Source of the DNA: Raillietiella orientalis
Taxonomy: Eukaryota
NCBI GenBank assembly: GCA_036172245.1
Contig: JAYWIR010000024.1
Coordinates: 2,232,001-2,296,000 of the forward strand
Length of the DNA: 64,000 nt
Direction: 5' to 3'
Under the pieces are notes generated by a model that searched no databases, had not been told where the DNA came from, and saw nothing but the letters and a program-made list of their open reading frames with translations. Below, piece by piece: positions 16,301 to 28,600 of the stretch. Numbering within the stretch: the stretch's first letter is position 1; each line of letters begins with the position of its first letter. The translations under genes were made by a program, and so were the position numbers.

Positions 16301-16969
16301 TAAGTATACAAACGATAAACTGTTTATAAATCAGTTTAATTGGCTTTACGATGATAGATTATAAAGGTAATGACGCAAGCTTTCTGGGAACTCCAAATGA
16401 CATGTAAACAACTTAAAGGTCCGACTTGTAAACAAACAACCGATACGACCTCACGTCGACTCGCGCGAGTCAAAAAAAATGCTGCTTCTTCCTCGTAACA
16501 CAGGTGTACACAAAACATTTTCATTCCGGACACTCACCAATAACAGCTTGACTCTCCAAATGCTTTAGGAGTTGAAAGACGGAAGGGTGCTCCACATTTG
16601 AAGTAATAATATGGGGCATACACGATAAATTCATTTTCTTCTTCCACAATTGAAAATCCTCAATTGCACTATATATTGCTAAATGACTTGCCTCGAATAT
16701 CTGCCAAATGTACACAGGGAAAAGGGCATGCTACTTACTTCCGTACCACCAGAAGTAAAAATGATTTCATCTTTCCTCGCGTTTATCGACATTGCTACTT
16801 CACTTCTTGCATTTTCGATTGCTGCTTTCGCGACCTTCCCTGAAATATAAGAGGAACTGGGATTTGCCCAGTTCCCCTCCAACGCCTCCTTAATAGCTTT
16901 CACCACGGTTTTGTCTAAAGGAGTTGTAGCATTGTAATCCAAATATATTTTCTCCGAAGATGTGTCCAT
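10393..16969 (-). CDS. SCLY: Selenocysteine lyase-like (class V PLP-dependent, NifS/SCLY family), 7 exons
   Basis: Exons 16969-16739, ~16691-16538, 15341-15197, 15149-15005, 14857-14630, 14578-14401 and 10532-10393. Motifs: IYLDYNATTP, NPSS, IIFTSGGTE, VEH, MLANNETG, HTDAAQAIGK, DFLTIVGHK (PLP lysine)-CYGPRIGALY, GGGQEKGLRSGTEN, AACH (catalytic Cys), VRLSLGRETT. The TIVGHKxYGPRIGALY and AACH motifs fit SCLY better than NFS1. Confidence 0.9.
11234..11256 (+). repeat. (GAA)n microsatellite in the last SCLY intron
   Basis: About seven tandem GAA units. Confidence 0.8.
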
Positions 16970-19631
16970 GCTGCTTCTACTTCCGAGTAGACGCTCTCCG
17001 CGTTCGAACCGGAATGACAATGAAAAGGAAGAAAGAGTTAATCGGTTTGATTTTCTTCCAAAGCAAATTTTCTTATTGCCTCGCAGCTTTGAGGGTTTCT
17101 TTTCCATTAAATTTCGTAAAATCTACGAGATTCCTATTCTAAAACTCATTAATCTTACAGTGTGCTATACTTTCTATTTCCACATGATAAATTAATGAAG
17201 AAAATATGAGGAACCCCCCCCCCTTCTCCAAAGATTAAGAGAATAGAATAAACTAGACCCCAATAGTTATTTTAATACTCAAGTGCAAACAACTATTAGT
17301 GCCCTGCTGTCTCTGAGACAGTGTAGTATGAAACCGAGACTACATTATAATCAATTCATGGTTATGGCCAGAGTAAGGAATGACTACCATGGAGGAGCGT
17401 TCACTCTCTGATGATATGCGAGCAAAGAGGAAGCAGGTATGTGCTTGACAGTTTTTTCTGCTAAAATTTTCCTACTAGGAAAGAAGGAAACTTCAGAGGA
17501 AACTTCCACAATAACGATCTAATGTTTGCAGAGCAGGAAAGAGATCCGACGGTACAACACTGACAACATACTACTGCAATCAAATGACATTTGAGAGTGT
17601 TGGATGTTTACTTCTCTCAGTTCCTCCAAAAGTACTCTTTAAGAGAAAGCTAGGTACCAAGGTTAGGCTATTTGAAAGTTCTCATAAACATTGGACTGTA
17701 TGGATTTTTTAGGTGGTTTGAAATATTAAATCCTGTTTATTTTTTGTGCATCAGAAAGTGTTTTCGGGTAATTTCAGCAGGATGAATGCAGCTAACATAC
17801 GAGAAAAGTCACTGTTTCTTTCTTTTTTCATACATTTGGACAGATTGTTGAGATTTTTTAGTCATAAACACCACGGCTCAACCCGAGTTTGAAGTTTCTT
17901 GTTGCTGCTCCACAAAGAAATGTAGATTCCCAGACGATTTGTTCACATTACTCATCTTTGTCTACGGTTGCAGAATAGCCTGTAATTTCCCCAATGTAGA
18001 CCTAACTTCGGATGAGGGACTAGGTCCTTATTAGATCCATATCTTCTTAGTTAATATAGGATTTAAGGACTTCTGGGAAGGCAAGGAAAGCGTAATAACG
18101 CCCCCAAAAGGAAAGTACCAACTTTTCGAATGACATGGGACAGATAGCCAAACTTGTATTCACGATTTCGGAAAGGCTACAGTTCCTGTTTCCACTTTTT
18201 CCTTCCACGTTCCGAGCATCTTCAAGACAATACTTTATCTTTGGTGATTGATGCACATCAACCACTTAAGACAGGAGATAGTTCTGACAGTATAAAAAGC
18301 GATTAAAAACAAGAATAATACCACTTTTTTGACTCGTAATTGCATTTAGACATTCAAAAGCATTATTAATTAATTGACTACCTGACAAAAAATGTTTCAA
18401 ACGGTAAATTCAGTTGCATATAAAAAACTGGACAAAATATGAAGAGCTCCTAAAAATGCGGCTTCTCAGTTTATTTCTAAACCATCTCTATAATTATGTT
18501 CCAACTCTAAATCATTTATTTTTTTATAACTTTTTTCTTATCATTCAAATACCAAATCTTGGCAGTGATTTGCTATTATAGTGATGGCAGTAATGCTATA
18601 CACGCGTAAAGAAGAGTACTGACATCATGGGATCGATCATAAGATGGATCCTAAGAAGTTTGAAAGAAACTGAATGCATAAGAAATAAACATTTCAACTT
18701 TTCAGTCAGTCTGAATACCTGATCAAGACGAAGCACTTTTAGAAATGATGTTGAAGAAAGGAGATCAGTTTGAAATATAAACTGACAAACCATTTATTCT
18801 TGGAATTATATGATTCCTAAGTATGTTCGTAATGGTAAAATTAATGAATTTTGAAACAAATAACGAATGGTGATCATTTGTGAGTACTTATTTATTACTG
18901 AAGCCATAACAAGCGGATAAGTGCTGAAGGAAACGTTGGAGAGCATTGAAACAAAACAGGATTTCTAGAATGCCTCTAAAGAAGCAACCAAAAATAAAAA
19001 CTTTCATTGTACAAAAAAAAAAAACAAGAACCGAAAAAAAATTACTTGCTTATTGCTTTTTAATTTGGCATTCGAATATACTAAATATTCTTTTGCGTTC
19101 ATCATCATTGTCATAAATTAACTGAGCATGACGATGAGATTTAAATTACTATTTTCTGTATAAGTGAATTTTTGTTAATTTTTCTACAATAATTTCTTTC
19201 TTCAGTTTCAGTATCATAAGAATATTGTGCATGTGATTAAATATGGCATCAATGTTTCTATGACCTCTTACGTTTTTTATGTTACAAAACGATACTCAAA
19301 TTTTAATTAGAATCAATACCTGGTTATTCTGATTTGAAACAGATATGAAAGTTTTTTGAAAGCTTTTGTTTGTAGCTTTAGGCTATTTTGATACTTTGAA
19401 CTTCAACCAAGAGCTAAGAATGCCCAGCCTCTTCACTCAAAATTTATTCGAAAGTTCTACCAAAAGCGTTGGTGCTATCTGAATTTCTCATCACGAAACC
19501 TCATGTGAGGGCTACGGTGACATTTATAAAATTATCCACGGGAGATTTCAAGATTATCATTGTGGTATCGGTATCAGTGAAAATTCAGTTTTTCATTATG
19601 AATTTTTTTTTCAATCATAAGAACCTTTATT

Positions 19632-22600
19632 ATGGATTACAATCAATTTAATCATGTGCAGGAAATTTTAAGTCAGTGCATCCCGTGCTTTTTGAAGGTA
19701 CTCACTGTCATTATTTCAGATAATCAAATATATGAAAGTGTACCAGATTTAGAATATATCAATGAAAATCCACAAGAGAAGAGAGCTACTAGGTCAATTC
19801 TGATAGATGAGAATGATAAATTCGGAGTATCAGCTGTATCATTTGATTCCCATGAAGAACTTTTGTGGATGGGAAATCAGGGGGTAATTTCTGTTTATGT
19901 TTTCAAGTTCTGTTCCTGATAGGTCTTTCGGTTCATCCAGAATACAGAATTTCCTTTATCTTACCTGTTTACAACTGTGTCATTTCTGTTATCATCTTAC
20001 TGGTTATTCTGCTGAAACCTAGAGTTGTTATTTACTTTGTCTCTCACATTCTTTATTCAACAGAATGGTGTTTTTTTTTTATTGTTCGAAGATAATCGTT
20101 AAACAATTTGTCATATTTGCGATTGTATCAAAACTTCAAAAGTTGCCTACTGGTATACTTATAAGTGAGTCATTTGTAATCTCAAACAGATGAGCAAACT
20201 GGAAAAAATACATTTATTGATGAGTCAACAATCGTATGTATTATAAAAAGTAGATGATCGTAATGAAATTATTAATTCAGCATGTATGGTTCTGCATATG
20301 AAAGCATGAGATCTGTAGAAAAAAAATTGTTTGCATTCATAACATTCATTTATTTTTATTAGAGTCGTGTTACATCTTATTATGGATTGAATCAAGATAA
20401 GTATTCATCATTTCAAATTCATCATTCAGAAGAAATAAAATGCTTCTCCTTTACGGATGCTGGTGTTCTATGTTTAACAGAAAGTTTATTAAGGTGCCAA
20501 GCAAGAACAGGAAGGCCTTTATTTACCTTTAGGTATGGGAATTTCATGTTTATTCTATTATTGATGATCAAGAACCATCATATTCTTTAGAAATTCAGTT
20601 TCATTTTGAGCTATGGTAAGATAAGTTGTATGAAATTAGATTTAGGTAGTAATTAAGCATGTATGAGGATGAAGTTTTGGTCAGTGATAGAAAAAGCAAA
20701 TGCTGAAGCCAAATTCGTAATTTGGCAAAATTGTGTATTTTTTCTACCAAGGATGAAATCGATTACTAATTTCTTTCAGAATAATTTCTTAATTCATCTA
20801 TTTGATTGATAATCATTTCAAGATTCAGGAAATATGTTAACACTGATCATGATTTCAAGTTTCTCATTTTATTTCCTATTGTTGCATATTTAGGCATGTT
20901 ATTGTGCTCAAGCAAAAAAAAGAATGCAAAATTCTGATTTTATATACTTGTTCTTTCATTTAAGTGATGAAGAACTACAAAATAAATACCTGTGTATGAT
21001 GCATAGAAAACCAGACACTGTCTTTCTTGGAGGGCATCATTGCTTTATTACTGAATGTGATCTCACCAAAATGACCAAAAAAAATAAGGTAACACTTTTG
21101 TATTATCTTATGCAAAAAACATAGTGATAGAATTATTTATTTTATGATATTTCATTTTTACTTAATTGTTTTTGGGAGGAGACTCGAGTATTTCAAAAAT
21201 AAATATCTACTTTGTAAGACAAAGTTTTTATATTTAAAATTTGAGCACATTTTGATTTTAAAGTGATCTTAAACTGAACAAACAAGACAGTCAAAAAGAG
21301 GAAGTGTTTTAATTAGTTGATTACAGAAAATAGCTGATTTGCAGAAAATTGGTGATCCTATTTAGAATATATTTTATTATTCTGTATGTGATGTTTTCAA
21401 AATTCTGAACTTAATTTTGAGAGCTGAGGAAGATGCAAGAAGCATTTTGGAATTTATACCTCTTAAAGTGAGGTCTGAAAGCAATGCTGCATTCTAGGTT
21501 TCATGAAAAGAAACATCAAAATAATTCAGACAGTAAAAAAAAAAAATTAGTGAAAAACAAACAGCATGTGAAGTACCAAGGTAGCTTTGTTTGGGATGGC
21601 CAAGTGTTATTTAAGTATTGTGGAAATGAAAACACTAATGATCTTTAGTAACTGTGTATGTAAGAGGAATTTTACATAAGATTTTCAAAAAAGGCTTTCA
21701 AGAGAGAATGATTCTAATCTTAGAGCTTGACTTACTTGAAAGAGAAGACTGTGATTTGGGGATTATTTTTATTACCTTATAGTGTATGAAACTTTTACCT
21801 TGTAAAGCTGTTGCTTATATCCTGGAAGGCTTAAGATCAGCATAAGCATTCCATAATAGTTGTCAGAATTATGCAGAAACTATTAGGCTCGCAAATTCAG
21901 AAATGTATCGGAAAGCATTAAATATTAATAAACAGTAGCCTGAGGTGAGAGAAATTTCCTTTCCTTAGCAGGGTTGAGTAAAAATAGCATGGTAGAACAG
22001 ATTACACATTAAGAGAAACTAGTATCAATGAAGGTAACACTTCACATTGCAACAAGCTGCGAATTTTATTAGGCTAATGAATAGTGCTCAAGTTAGTTCA
22101 TAATCAGAGATGTTTTGCATGTTTCTCATTACATATTCATATTTTTTATATTTCAATATTACATGAACAACTGATGATGAAGCCATGAATTGCTCCCCAA
22201 TTATGATTTGTAAACCAATAATACTGTTTATTGTGGATATATTGCTTTAAAAAAAAAATGTGCATTTAGTATAGGAGTATCATTTGTATTTCTATTGTGA
22301 GTAAAGTAATTCTTTATTTGAACAGCAAATATTAGGCATTAGGAATATTGGTGTATTCTTTGCTGAATCTTATGAATTTTTATAGTGATGTGTTAATTCA
22401 TCTCCCTTAAATAGTAAAATAGTAAATTATTTGTTTTTAATAGCTTCATATACCTGAAAATAGCTGTGGAATACTAAGGCAGCATTCACGCTTTTTATGT
22501 GCTGGTGATTCCTCTGGACAAATTTTACTCCTGGATCCTCATAATTTAAATTTGGAATGTAAATTAGATTGCTATGCAGGCAGTTTACTTGACTTCGATA

Positions 22601-25600
22601 TCTATGGCAATTATTTGGTGACCTGTGGCTTAACAGAAAGGTAAGATAAGTATGTTTTACTGTTTGAAAGCATTATAATCAGCATGACTTTTTTCTTACG
22701 GATGCAATGTACCATTGCAGATTGAATTGATTTTTGAAGCTAGTACAGTCTAAATTTCAATTTTCAACTTTAATCATACTATGAATCTGTTTTAATTTTA
22801 TTAAGATGGAGAATATTCTGTTTATGCACCTTTATTCTTGACCATTTTTGACTATTTAATTCTAATAGCAAAGATTCTGGAAGTATGGTTCAGAGCTTTA
22901 AATTTATCAAACAAGGCTAACATAAAATTATGCTTTTCATTCTATAATAACTTAATATTATTTTACTTTTCAGAAGTAATTTTGAATCCATTTTGATTTC
23001 TCCTGTATGGAATTTAGTTTTCAATAATAATAATTTTACGTATTTCCTGTAACACGTTTTAAGCTTACAATGTTTGCATCAATAAATATTTAACTGTAAA
23101 ATGAATTAAGAGAAGACCACAGAAACATCAAAGATTAACACATATTAGGAATAAGAAAAACATAAGTGGTTTATTGCTAAGTGTCTTTTTGGAAAAAATT
23201 TGAATTGGTAGAATTCAAACAAATCCAAAGATCAAAACATGGAAAATGGTGACAGAAATCCATGACTATGTTGATGGTCACGGGTTGGGTGACATCTTGG
23301 GGAGAATGGAAGTTTCTTGAAATCAACCCAATACTTTTGAAAAAAATTCACTTTGAAAGATTTGTAAAATAAGTTGGGGATATTAATTTGGAAGTAAATA
23401 AAATTTTGAATTACTTTTAGAACTTATTGGGGAGAAAGAACAGTCCACACAAAATGTGTGCATCAAAGCTGACATCCTAGTTTCAGCAAAAATTAACTTA
23501 TGAACTTCAGTGAAATTTACCCAGATGTATTGGAAGAAGTTTTTTGAAAATTAATTAGGCAGTGGCATCCATTAAGCTAATAAATCCCATTTTTAACATA
23601 AAGTTTGTTTTAAAATAGTGTAGAAGTTTTTGCAGTTGCAGAAAAAAGCATTATTTGTCTGAAGTACATTTTTTTGCATGCAAACATTCTGTAAAGATGT
23701 ATAGTTAAAATGTGTAGATTTCCTAGCGGTTTTTTTGTTCCTACGCTGATTATTCTATCTTATTTTATTTGATTTTTATATCCTTGTGTATCAGACTTGA
23801 AAGATAGATTACAGCAAATTTACATGAGGACAGTTTATTGTTGATGTCACGGGTTTCACAATATAACCAGATAATTACTGTTCTTGTTATGGAGGGGATG
23901 CTAACATTATTTAAGATGTGCAAGTGACGATAGATTCAGAAAAATTAAACGAAGTTCATCTGATTATAGAGAAAAATAGGGCTGAATCGGATCTTAAAAT
24001 TGTAGTTATGTGTCATATTCAATGACCAGTCATGACAAATTTATTGATATAGTAACTCTTGTGCTAAGGATGTAGTGTTTGCAAAAACTTAATATATATG
24101 AATCTTAATTGTCAGAGTTCATTAACACGAGTATTAATATTAGATAGCAATATTCTCTAATTTTGGATTGTTAGCATATCATTCTGTATAATAAGATAAG
24201 TCAGTTTTTGAATATCTAATTTGGCTGTTGTAGATTTGGTTGTGAAGTTTATGTATACACATATTCGTATTTATACACATCCATGTATGTCTGTTTATAT
24301 CATTCTTTATTGTTAGTTAACAAAACATTATATTTGAGATTCCATTCCAGACATGGAAATCTTATAATTGATCCATTTCTGAAGGTCTATGACATACGTA
24401 TTCTAAAAGCCATCAATCCAATTCAGATTCTTATTGATCCATTTTTGATTCGGTTCATTCCATCAATTTCTGCCAAAGTTGCAGTTGTATCGCCAATTGG
24501 TCAGATGCAGATAGTAGATATGGCAGCACTAATCAAACAAGAAATTTTTTTATATCAGGTAAATAACTAGAAATAGCCATACAATTAAATGAAAGTTTTG
24601 GTTATTGTTTTGACTCCTTATAATGTCATCTTCAAGGTTTACAATACAGGGGCTATGTGTCTTGCATTTGATGTTTCTTCAACATGTCAGCATTTAGCAT
24701 TTGGAGATGCATCTGGATACATACATGTGTTTTCTTTTGTTGATGATGCGCCTTTTAATACATATTCTCAATCAACTGTGTTTCCTGATGAAGACAGTTT
24801 AGTGCACAGCATTCCAATTGATGACATTCTGACACCACTGTCTTCAGTTATTATGCCATTTTCACATGGACCTTTATTATCTGATTGGCCCAAAGAATTT
24901 AGTCCTAAAGCATACAGGTCGGATATCAATATTTTTATCAAACTGTTTCTTTTAGTAACTTGGTTTTAAATATTAAATTTCATGCTTGCTGAGTTTGTGT
25001 ATTTTTAAATTTCCTTGATTTAAATTAATAATGAACTCACAAATGATTAATCCTTCCGTTTTTTAGCTCTTGATTGTAAATCTAACGTTTTGGGAGATTC
25101 ATTTTTTTTTTCTTTTATCCTCAAGGAAAACACCTGAAATTGATCCTTCCATCTTGTATAGCATGAAGATTATTCAGTCCATTGGGTACTCTCCTAAACC
25201 TCATAATAAAAAAAGAAATCAGGTTTTATTAGTTATTCAGTTCGAAGTATATATATCAAAATCTGAATTTGATACATATCAAATCACTAAAGATAAATAG
25301 TTTCAATCAGTTTTCAACTTGCATTATGATTTTAGGTTCCTTATAAACTTGATAAAGATAAACACAAAAAATTACCTGCATCCGAATTTCATTCCTCAAA
25401 AGATGATGGCTTTAGTTTTTCCATTCCAAAAAGGTATCGAAAAGTTGAAATTAAGTATACCAAGCTTGGAATCGAAGATTCTGAATTTGATATCTGTAAC
25501 AGAACAAATTTTCCTGGTTTGGAAGGCAATCTTCCCAATTCTTATTGTAACTCAATGTTACATGTAAGCATTAATGCTTTCAAATGTTTTCCTTATGCTC

Positions 25601-28600
25601 GTTTTTATTTGCAAAATCACACTTGTTTCGAAGTGTGTTTGCCTTGTTAATGCTATCAGCACTTTTACTTTATAAATACTGAAAATATGCAATGAGCTTA
25701 AAGCATTTTTTTGTTTAATATGCTAATTAATTATTATTTTTTAGTTATTATATTATTTGGAATACGTGAGGATTGCTTTTCTGAATCATCTTTGTTTGAA
25801 AGAATTCTGCTTAGCATGTGAACTTTCCTTATTGTTTCATATGCTTGATAAGTCACTTGGTTTTCCATGCCAGGCAAGTAATTTCTTAAGAGCATTTCGA
25901 ACATTACCAGAAGCATCAGCATTGGGCTTAATATTAACTGACAATGAAGAGAGCAAACGGAAAGTAAACTTCTGTCAGTTAATTCAGGTACCTAAAGCTA
26001 ATAAAGCATTGTAACATTACTAATTAGATCCCTTGCATGCTTTTGAATCGGGATTGATTTTTTTTCGTTGAGGATTTATTCTATAAAATGTTTTTTCTTT
26101 TGTTTGAATTGAAAACTTATTAGTCACATATTGATGAGTCATGTTTGCTACTAAATTTTCTTTTTTGGCTAATCACTTGAATTCCTGTAAATTGTTTACA
26201 TCATGTTTTCCGACTCTATTTTCAAAGCTATAGTTATAAATAAGAAATTTCAGATTTTTCTGCATTATTTCTGATTTTTAGCCCAATTTATTCATTTTTT
26301 TTGTTCCATAATTCCTTTCTTTCATTGCTAAAGATTCTTATCTTCTGCAAATGAAATGGTATTAGATTCAGTACCTCAGATTTAAAGATGGCGATAAATA
26401 GCAAAAATTTGAATAATTTAGGAAAATAGCTTATATAAATGCAAACTGATTAAAAATGAAGGTAGTTCATACAACCAAAGTCACTGTATATTGACAAGAG
26501 CTGCGCTTATCTATGGAGTAGCATTAAGCAAGGATAAAATGTTGATTGAACACTTATTTACTTAATATTAAAAGTCCAAATTTAAGTTGCACGTTTTCAC
26601 CGAAAATTGCATTATGTTTTATTTGCAGTTTACGTTTTGCTTTCTAAGTTGATGTTTACATAAACATATACTGGAAATCTTCAGTTCTGTCTGGTGTATT
26701 TGATCTTGTTTCAAAAAGAATGATTCCAATGAGCAAAACTATCTCTCATTTTTCTTTCTCAGTGTATTTTCATCCTAGAATGCCAATTTAATTTCATATT
26801 GAATGTGCTGTATTTGCATTGGGTTAATAATGCTTTGGCTTAGTTCTCAGAGTTAGAAAAATCAAGCTTATCATCAGCTATAAATAATTTCTTTAATTAT
26901 TTTGTTCATGAATACTTATAATGATTATATTTATTGCAGTCATGTGATGTGTAATAAATAGTTGTAATAGATGGAATACAATATGTAGATCATATATCAT
27001 TATATGCAATACTAAATATACAATGGTTAAGACTCACCTTTAATGAAAAATAAATGTATTATTTGATTGAAAACCAAAGTTTTATTTTCGAACACTTTGC
27101 TTATTAATAAACATTATTTCAAGAGCTGGAATACTTTTGTTCTTCATCAAGTGGAATCTGAATTTGCCGAAAAACAAAAAAAGTGTAATAGCAGTTGCAG
27201 TGAAAAAAAAGCTGAGACAAAGCAACTGTTGAAAGGTAATTACAATTTTTTTAATTTGTTAGTCATTCGGATTTTCGGATAATTTGGATTTTATCGGATC
27301 TAGTTAATGCGGTTCTGTTTCAGTCTTATTCAAATTAAATTCAAATTGTTTTTGATTTGTAATTCATTTATTAATAATTAAGATTCATAAGATCTGAAAC
27401 ATGATTTTGACTACTTCCTAACATCAATTATCCAGAAAGAATTTACAATCACAATCTTAAAGCAAGTCGTATTTTAGATGGACATAGTTCATTTTCATGT
27501 TAAAAATCAAAACTCAAAAGTACCATTCTCAAAAGTTGGATTTTGAAATTGTTATCGAATTTTGCTTCCATAACCATAACAAGATTTGTAAGAATCTCAC
27601 ATATTTGATTGATAAGTGGTGGATGAATGTTGCCAACATACCTGTGAACGTTTTTGTTCTTTAGATAAGAGTTGAAATTTTCATTCCCTTTTTATATGCA
27701 TTTTGATTTTTTTTTTTTTCTAAATAATATCCATTGTAACTTACAGAAAGCAATGAAGAAGGAATGAATTCGGGCACAGAGAACTTATTGGTTCATGATT
27801 CCTTCAATGCAGATTCTTCTAAAGCTTCTAACAGTAGTGAAGGACTTAATATTATCACTGAACTGTTTGGTGCAATGCAGCAAACCATAACAGAATGTGG
27901 AAATTGTAAAGATAGGAAAGTCAAGTTGAGAAGTACCCTTTTGTATAATTTAATTTACCCTGATTCTGGTAAGTATTCCGCCGTTTTATTGAATTTTTTT
28001 CAAAAAAAATAATTTAGGAAACAAAACAGTCTTGAGCTTTGTGGATCTGTTGAAAAATAGTCTCTGTTTTCAACATTCAACTCCAGCATGGTGTGAAAAG
28101 TGTAACAAATATCAGCCAACATCACAAATTAAATGCTTGAAAACACTGCCAAATACTTTGGTAGTTAATTGTGGAATGCAGAATGAATCAGTTGAGTTGA
28201 CACTTTTGTATCTTAATTTGATGAGATTATTTTTTGTCTTGACTATGAATGAAAGGAAGCATTAATGTAGACTCATATTGGAAACTTGCTCCTCTGTTAA
28301 GACCCAATTTCTAACTTATTTACTCATATGCTATTCCAAATGCTGCATCCTACCATTTATTTCCTGTAACTATATATTATTTCAGTGAATTCTCGCTTCA
28401 AATTAATAGTGCTTCATTAAGTTAAGTGTCGGATTGTGAATGTCTTGAGAAGACTAATCATGGAAATAATAAATCCCCAAATTATATCTTTAAAAAAAAA
28501 TGGCAAAAAAAATTTTCACATAAAATTCTCCCGAGTTATCAGGATAATTTGAAGTTATATTATCTAGTGCAAAAAGTCATGTACAACTTCTGTATTAATG

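Noticed and set aside
16458..16471. 14-bp palindrome GACTCGCGCGAGTC in SCLY intron 2
   Set aside because: A palindrome of this length is not improbable in 64 kb, and there is no other support.
17319..17332. GTGTAGTA, matching the U2 snRNA branch-pairing motif (possible Utopia target)
   Set aside because: Flanks do not match U2 snRNA and the site is far from the retroelement.
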